From positions 1-32,770 of the forward strand of contig JANNXQ010000169.1 of NCBI GenBank assembly GCA_031409655.1: a stretch of DNA of 32,770 nt, read 5' to 3'. The DNA is from Chthoniobacteraceae bacterium (lineage in GTDB: Bacteria; Verrucomicrobiota; Verrucomicrobiia; Chthoniobacterales; Chthoniobacteraceae). The position numbers and the translations under genes were made by a program. The notes under the pieces were generated by a model that saw only the letters and a program-made list of their open reading frames with translations, ran no database searches and was not told where the DNA came from. This document shows positions 28,287 through 32,770 of the stretch, one piece after another. How positions within the stretch are numbered: the first letter of the stretch is position 1; the number at the start of each line of letters is the position of its first letter.

Positions 28287-29999
28287 TTAATCAGCCGTCT
28301 CCGGGGAGTCGAGCGCGAGCAGTTGGAAGGCTTCGATTCCTTCGGAGAATCCTTTGAGTTTCAGCGCGCCGAGCGCCCGTGACTGCGCCGCTTTTCCGCA
28401 GCCCGCCAGCGTTGGCGCGTCGATCACGATCTCCATCGGCCCTGCCTGACTGCAGAGCCGCGCGGCGAGATTCATGCGTGCGCCGAAGACGGAGTAGTTC
28501 AGCCGATCTTTGCTCCCCATGCGCCCGGCGACCATGCGGCCCGTGGCGACGCCCACCCCCACTTCGATCTGCCGCCCGCCGCTCGCATTGAGCCGCGCCC
28601 GCTCCGCGATGAGCCCGAGCGCACAGGCCGCCGCGTGGCGTTCATTTTCCTCACTCCGCCGCGGGGCCCCGAAAAGCGCAATGATCAGATCGCCCACGAA
28701 GTGCAGCACCACGCCGTCCTGCTCATAGACCACGCGCGTGAGTGGCGTGAAATGCTCGTTCAGCATCTCGATCACTTCCTTCGGCGCCATGCCCTCGCTC
28801 AGCGTGGTGAAGCCGCGGATGTCGCAGAAGACCACGCTCACCTCGCGCTCTTCGCCGCCGAGTTCGAGCCCGCCTGCGATCAAATCTTCGGCGACGTGCG
28901 GGTCGGAAACGAGGTCGAGCATTGAGCGATACTTGTCCTTCAGCGCGAGGTCGCCGCTCATCGCGTTGAAGGCCGTCGCCAGGGTGCCGAGTTCGCCGCC
29001 GCGGGGTGTTGCGCGTGCGGAGTAGTCGCCGCGCCGGATGGACTCGGTCAGCGTCACCAGTTCGCGCACTGGCTTGGCGAGTCCATTGGCCAGCGCGAGC
29101 GCCACGAGCGCCGCCGCGGTCAAGGCCGCGCCGCCCGTGCCGAGCATGTTCTTGCGGAGTTCGCGTTGCTGGCGTTCGCGCTCCGCGAGGGAAAAGGCGC
29201 ACATCTCCACGGCAGCCGGGAAAATCCCGCTCCCGCCTGCTCCCACCTGCTGCCAGAAGACGACGAAGCGTCCGCCACCAAGCGTCACTTCTGCACGCCC
29301 GCGATCGTCCTTGGCCAGCGTTGCCAGGATTTGCTCGTCTTCCGCAGCCCACCCTCCCGTCACGAGTCGGCCTCCGAGCAGCAGGCCCGCGCGCAGGTCT
29401 CCGGTGATCTCGTCGGTCTCAGGCTTCGCAAATCGCGCGAGTAGCAACCCGCCGTGCAATGAGTCGTTTTCCACGTCCACGATGGGCGAAAAATGCGCCT
29501 CCCACCAGCCGGGCGTTTGCGTCGTCGTCAGCAGTCCGTGGAATTCGCGCCCCCCCGCAAGCGCGCTCGCGACGCTCTCCTCGGTGGGCCGCCAATCCAG
29601 CGACGGCCCACCATGATCGAGCTTCGCCGCGCCGGGGATTGGCCGCCCTTTTGGATCCACGAGGCGCAGTGCCCAGCCGACACCCGGCTTGCGTTCGTCG
29701 AGCGCGATTCCGGCGGCTTCGTACACGACTTCTCCGGGCATCGCCGTCGTATCCTCCGCGTGCGCCATGAACGTCGCCTGCAGCCGCACCGAACGCGCGA
29801 TGGCGCCCGCCAGCCCGCGTGCTTCTTCCGCTCGCAACTCCCGCTCGCGCGCGACTCGAGCGACGCGCTCCTCGAAGCGCGCGTCCAACGCCCGCGTAAA
29901 CGCCTCGCGCATGCTCCGCTCCGCGCTCCACAGCGCCGCCCAAGTCACCGCTGCGACGAGCAGCAGCATCGCGCCGAAGAGCCGGAGCCGGAAGCTCAC
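28287..29999 (-). CDS. Membrane class III nucleotide cyclase (TM, periplasmic sensor, TM, HAMP, cyclase)
   Basis: VFCDIRGFT, FVGD, GVGVATG, NLAARL; HAMP LAKPVREL...ELGTLATAFNAM. GTG 29999 overlaps the upstream stop. Confidence 0.9.
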   Translation of the reverse strand: MSFRLRLFGAMLLLVAAVTWAALWSAERSMREAFTRALDARFEERVARVARERELRAEEARGLAGAIARSVRLQATFMAHAEDTTAMPGEVVYEAAGIALDERKPGVGWALRLVDPKGRPIPGAAKLDHGGPSLDWRPTEESVASALAGGREFHGLLTTTQTPGWWEAHFSPIVDVENDSLHGGLLLARFAKPETDEITGDLRAGLLLGGRLVTGGWAAEDEQILATLAKDDRGRAEVTLGGGRFVVFWQQVGAGGSGIFPAAVEMCAFSLAERERQQRELRKNMLGTGGAALTAAALVALALANGLAKPVRELVTLTESIRRGDYSARATPRGGELGTLATAFNAMSGDLALKDKYRSMLDLVSDPHVAEDLIAGGLELGGEEREVSVVFCDIRGFTTLSEGMAPKEVIEMLNEHFTPLTRVVYEQDGVVLHFVGDLIIALFGAPRRSEENERHAAACALGLIAERARLNASGGRQIEVGVGVATGRMVAGRMGSKDRLNYSVFGARMNLAARLCSQAGPMEIVIDAPTLAGCGKAAQSRALGALKLKGFSEGIEAFQLLALDSPETAD

Positions 30000-30637
30000 T
30001 TGTCCGCGAGCGCCACCTCGACGCCGCGTCCGCCGGCCACCGTCACGGGCTGTTCCCACGAATGCTTTTCGTCGAGCCAAGCCTTCAGCGTGTAACTGCC
30101 GGGCGGTACGCCGCGCAGTTGGAAGCGGCCTTTTTCATCCGTCGTGGTGAAATACGGACTGTCCACCACGAGCACGACGCTGCGCATGTGCTGATGGATC
30201 TCGCAGAAGAGCCGCACGACGCCTGCTTTGTCGAAGACGACCGCCGCCGGCGCTTCATCTTTGCGATAGCGCCCGAGATCGAACCGCTTCGTCTTCGAGA
30301 GGGAGAAGACGTTGTGATAGTCCTCGTCGCGGTTCGGAAATTCCACCCGCGTGCCGGTCTGCACGACGAGCAGCCCGGTGCGAAATTGATAACCCTCCTG
30401 CTCCATCCGCGCGCTCCCCGCCGCCATCCCACGGATCGCTGGACTCTCGAGCCACACCCCAGCGATGCGCGATGGCGCAGGATTCACCCGGCCCGAAATG
30501 CTGCCGGAATATTTCTCCACGGCGATCGGTGCCGCCGCGACCCGTGTGATTGGCACCGAACCCAATACGCCTGCCGAATCACCGCGGGCGAAGCTCACAG
30601 CGAGGAGGAAAAGCGCGGTGGCGGTGCGCAGGTGCAT
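29996..30637 (-). CDS. Periplasmic cupredoxin-like protein with C-terminal carboxypeptidase-regulatory-like domain
   Basis: Signal peptide; FPNRDEDYHNVFS...FCEIHQHM gives the His/Cys/His/Met ligand set; TDEKGRFQLRGVPPGSYTLKAW. Confidence 0.87.
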   Translation of the reverse strand: MHLRTATALFLLAVSFARGDSAGVLGSVPITRVAAAPIAVEKYSGSISGRVNPAPSRIAGVWLESPAIRGMAAGSARMEQEGYQFRTGLLVVQTGTRVEFPNRDEDYHNVFSLSKTKRFDLGRYRKDEAPAAVVFDKAGVVRLFCEIHQHMRSVVLVVDSPYFTTTDEKGRFQLRGVPPGSYTLKAWLDEKHSWEQPVTVAGGRGVEVALADK

Positions 30638-30751
30638 GCTGAGAGCTAAGCGTCAGTGAACCGAAATGGGAACCAGGAATCCGAGGAAAACTCGAAAGGT
30701 CGGAATCTGGAAAAGGGTCGCCGACGCTGCTGCCATCGGTTTTCCCTGGCT

Positions 30752-32065
30752 TCACTCGGTTAAAACTTGTTTCGGATTTCGGATTTCGGATTTCGAGTTT
30801 TCCCCAAAGTGCCGTCCCGTGATCAGCCGCGCGCCGCGCCCGAAGGTCACGAACTGCCAGGCCCAGTTCAGCAGCACCAGCAGCTTGTCCCGGAAGCTGA
30901 CGAGGAAGAGCAGATGCACGAAAAGCCACGCCAGCCAGGCGATGAAGCCGCTGAAACGCAGAAAGCCCATATCGGCCACCGCGCGGTTGCGGCCGATCGT
31001 GGCCATCGAGCCTTTGTCCCAATACTCGAAGCGCTCGGTCCATCCGCCCGCGATGAGCTTGCGGATATTGTGCGCGGCGTGGCGGCCCTGCTGCATGGCC
31101 ACCGGAGACAGGCCCGGGAGCGGGGTGCCTCCGCCCGGGGCGAAGTGCGCCATGTCGCCGATCACAAAAACTTCCTGATGCCCCGGGATGCTCAAGTCTT
31201 CGCGGATGATCACCCGGCCTTGCGAATCGTAAGGCACGCCGAGACTCAGCCCGAGCGGCGATGCCGCATTGCCCGCTGCCCAGACCATCGTGTGCGTCGC
31301 GATCTCCTCGCCGCCTTTCAAAGTCACCACCGTTTCCGTGAGCTTCTCGACTCGGGCGAGCACTCTTACCTGCACTCCGATGTCGCCGAGCTGGCGCCTG
31401 GCTGCCTCCGAAAGATCAGGTGTGAAATTCGAAAGCACGCGATCACCCGCGTCGAGCAGGATCACGTGCGCCTGGCTCGGATCGATGTGCCGAAAATCTT
31501 TCACCAGAGTGAAACGCGCGATCTCCGCGATCGCTCCCGCCATCTCCACGCCCGTCGGTCCGCCGCCCACCACCACGAAAGTCAGCGCCGCTTTGCGCTC
31601 CGCGTCGTCCTGCGTTTTTTCCGCGACTTCAAAGGCGAGCAGCATGCGCCGCCGGATCTCCAGCGCATCGTCCAGCGACTTTAGCCCCGGCGCGAAATGC
31701 TCCCACTCCGCGCGCCCAAAGTAGCTGTGCCGCGCCCCCGCCGCGACGATCAGGTAATCGTAGCCCACCTCGCCATCGCTCGTGAGCACAGTCTGCCGCC
31801 ACGGGTCGATGCTTCGCACATCCGTCAGGATCACCTCCGCATTGGCCTGCCGCTTCAGGATCGCGCGTAGCGGCTCCGCGATGTCCGCCGGCGAAAGCGC
31901 TGCCGTGGCCACTTGATAGAGCAGCGGCTGGAAAAGGTGATGATTCTGCCGGTCGAGGAGCGTGACGCGCACCGGTACTTTGCGCAGCGCCTTGGCCGCT
32001 TCGATACCGCCGAAGCCGCCCCCAATGATGACGACGCGCGGGAGATTTTTGAGATGAACATTCAT
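30752..32065 (-). CDS. ndh: Type II NADH dehydrogenase family flavoprotein
   Basis: IIGGGFGG, HLFQPLLYQVATA, GGGPTGVEMAG, WAAG, AMQQG, DKGSMATIGR. Confidence 0.9.
   Translation of the reverse strand: MNVHLKNLPRVVIIGGGFGGIEAAKALRKVPVRVTLLDRQNHHLFQPLLYQVATAALSPADIAEPLRAILKRQANAEVILTDVRSIDPWRQTVLTSDGEVGYDYLIVAAGARHSYFGRAEWEHFAPGLKSLDDALEIRRRMLLAFEVAEKTQDDAERKAALTFVVVGGGPTGVEMAGAIAEIARFTLVKDFRHIDPSQAHVILLDAGDRVLSNFTPDLSEAARRQLGDIGVQVRVLARVEKLTETVVTLKGGEEIATHTMVWAAGNAASPLGLSLGVPYDSQGRVIIREDLSIPGHQEVFVIGDMAHFAPGGGTPLPGLSPVAMQQGRHAAHNIRKLIAGGWTERFEYWDKGSMATIGRNRAVADMGFLRFSGFIAWLAWLFVHLLFLVSFRDKLLVLLNWAWQFVTFGRGARLITGRHFGENSKSEIRNPKQVLTE
30770..30797. repeat. Heptamer tandem repeat (TTTCGGA)x3 plus TTTCGAG
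   Basis: Read directly; lies inside the 3' end of ndh and encodes SKSEIRNPK. Confidence 0.85.
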
Positions 32066-32186
32066 GAATCGTGAGAACAACGCCGATGATAGCACACCGC
32101 CCAAGCCGCCCAGCGAAGCGAAGGTCGCCCGCGGCAGAGACTATGAGATGTCTCTGCGAAACGCCATCGGGCACCCGCGCCGCGCA

Positions 32187-32355
32187 GGTGGCTGCCGCGC
32201 TCCGAACGCCATGAACCTCCCATGCGCGCCGCAGTATTTCCCACGTTCTCCGCACCCAAAAGCCTATAAACGACAAGGCGGAAATCTTGTGTGGTGAAAT
32301 CAGCGCCGCTCGCGCAGCAAATGCCGACCCCGGGAGCGCCGCCGTCCCGTGCGGC
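32187..32355. repeat. Solo REP-like copies upstream of the Y1 transposase
   Basis: 32187-32213 resembles the 5023/5117 arm (about 23/28). 32332-32355 GGGAGCGCCGCCGTCCCGTGCGGC resembles the 26950/27045 arm. Confidence 0.55.
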
Positions 32356-32413
32356 TTCCGCCCCACCCGCGCGCCGCGCCCATCTCCCACCGCCAGCAGC
32401 GGAGACGTTAGTC

Positions 32414-32439
32414 GCGTTCGGGATAGGCGTTCGGGATAG
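32414..32439. repeat. 13-bp tandem duplication GCGTTCGGGATAG x2
   Basis: Perfect direct repeat 52 nt upstream of the transposase ATG. Confidence 0.85.
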
Positions 32440-32491
32440 GGGTCAGGCGACATTTCTTGACAGCAAAGCATCAAGAGATGTGAAGCGGGGC

Positions 32492-32770
32492 ATGCCGCGC
32501 AGTATCCGCCATAAATATCCCGGTGCGTATTACCACGTGATGGCGCGGGGTAACCGGCGGGAGAACATCTATGGCGACGACGAGGACCGCCGCGCTTTCC
32601 TGAAAACCCTGGATAAGCCTGCGCAATGACGGGCTGGCAGGTCCATGCCTGGGTGCTGATGAGCAATCACTACCACCTTCAGATCGAGACCCCGGAAGCG
32701 AACCTGGTGGCCGGGATGCAGTGGCTGCAAAACACCCACACGCGGCGCTTCAATCTGCGGAACCGGCTCT
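32492..32770 (+). pseudogene. Y1 (HUH) transposase, RAYT-like; frameshifted and cut by the window edge
   Basis: MPRSIRHKYPGAYYHVMARGNRRENIYGDDEDR stops at TGA 32627-32629. The -1 frame from 32617 continues ACAMTGWQVHAWVLMSNHYHLQIETPEANL with the HUH motif. Confidence 0.85.

Noticed and set aside
28287..29999. Cyclase as a Pycsar/CBASS defence component
   Set aside because: It has a receptor-type TM-HAMP architecture and no adjacent cNMP-binding effector.
32134..32157. Hairpin GCAGAGAC-N8-GTCTCTGC upstream of ndh as a structured RNA
   Set aside because: A single short stem with no recognisable family motif or T tract.

Overview
High-GC bacterial chromosomal window, probably Verrucomicrobia (Chthoniobacter/Spartobacteria-like; this is inferred from gene content and repeat style). 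The left third is housekeeping: thiC behind a terminator-type TPP riboswitch, pyrG, kdsB, a gmhB-like phosphatase, eno, an ftsB-like gene, prfB with its +1 frameshift, and a CNNM/CBS pair. The middle has small enzymes and an export-only polysaccharide module (membrane pseudokinase/FGE-domain protein, beta-barrel, short OPX, Wzc-like protein). The right part has an AEC transporter, a DUF853 ATPase, a three-gene cupredoxin / atypical nucleotide cyclase / outer-membrane barrel operon, ndh, and a frameshifted RAYT-like Y1 transposase. Several REP/REPIN-like inverted repeats and heptamer tandem repeats lie between genes. The best candidates for undescribed systems are the cupredoxin-cyclase-barrel operon and the pseudokinase-linked export module. 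Family calls come from motif recognition only; no database searches were run.
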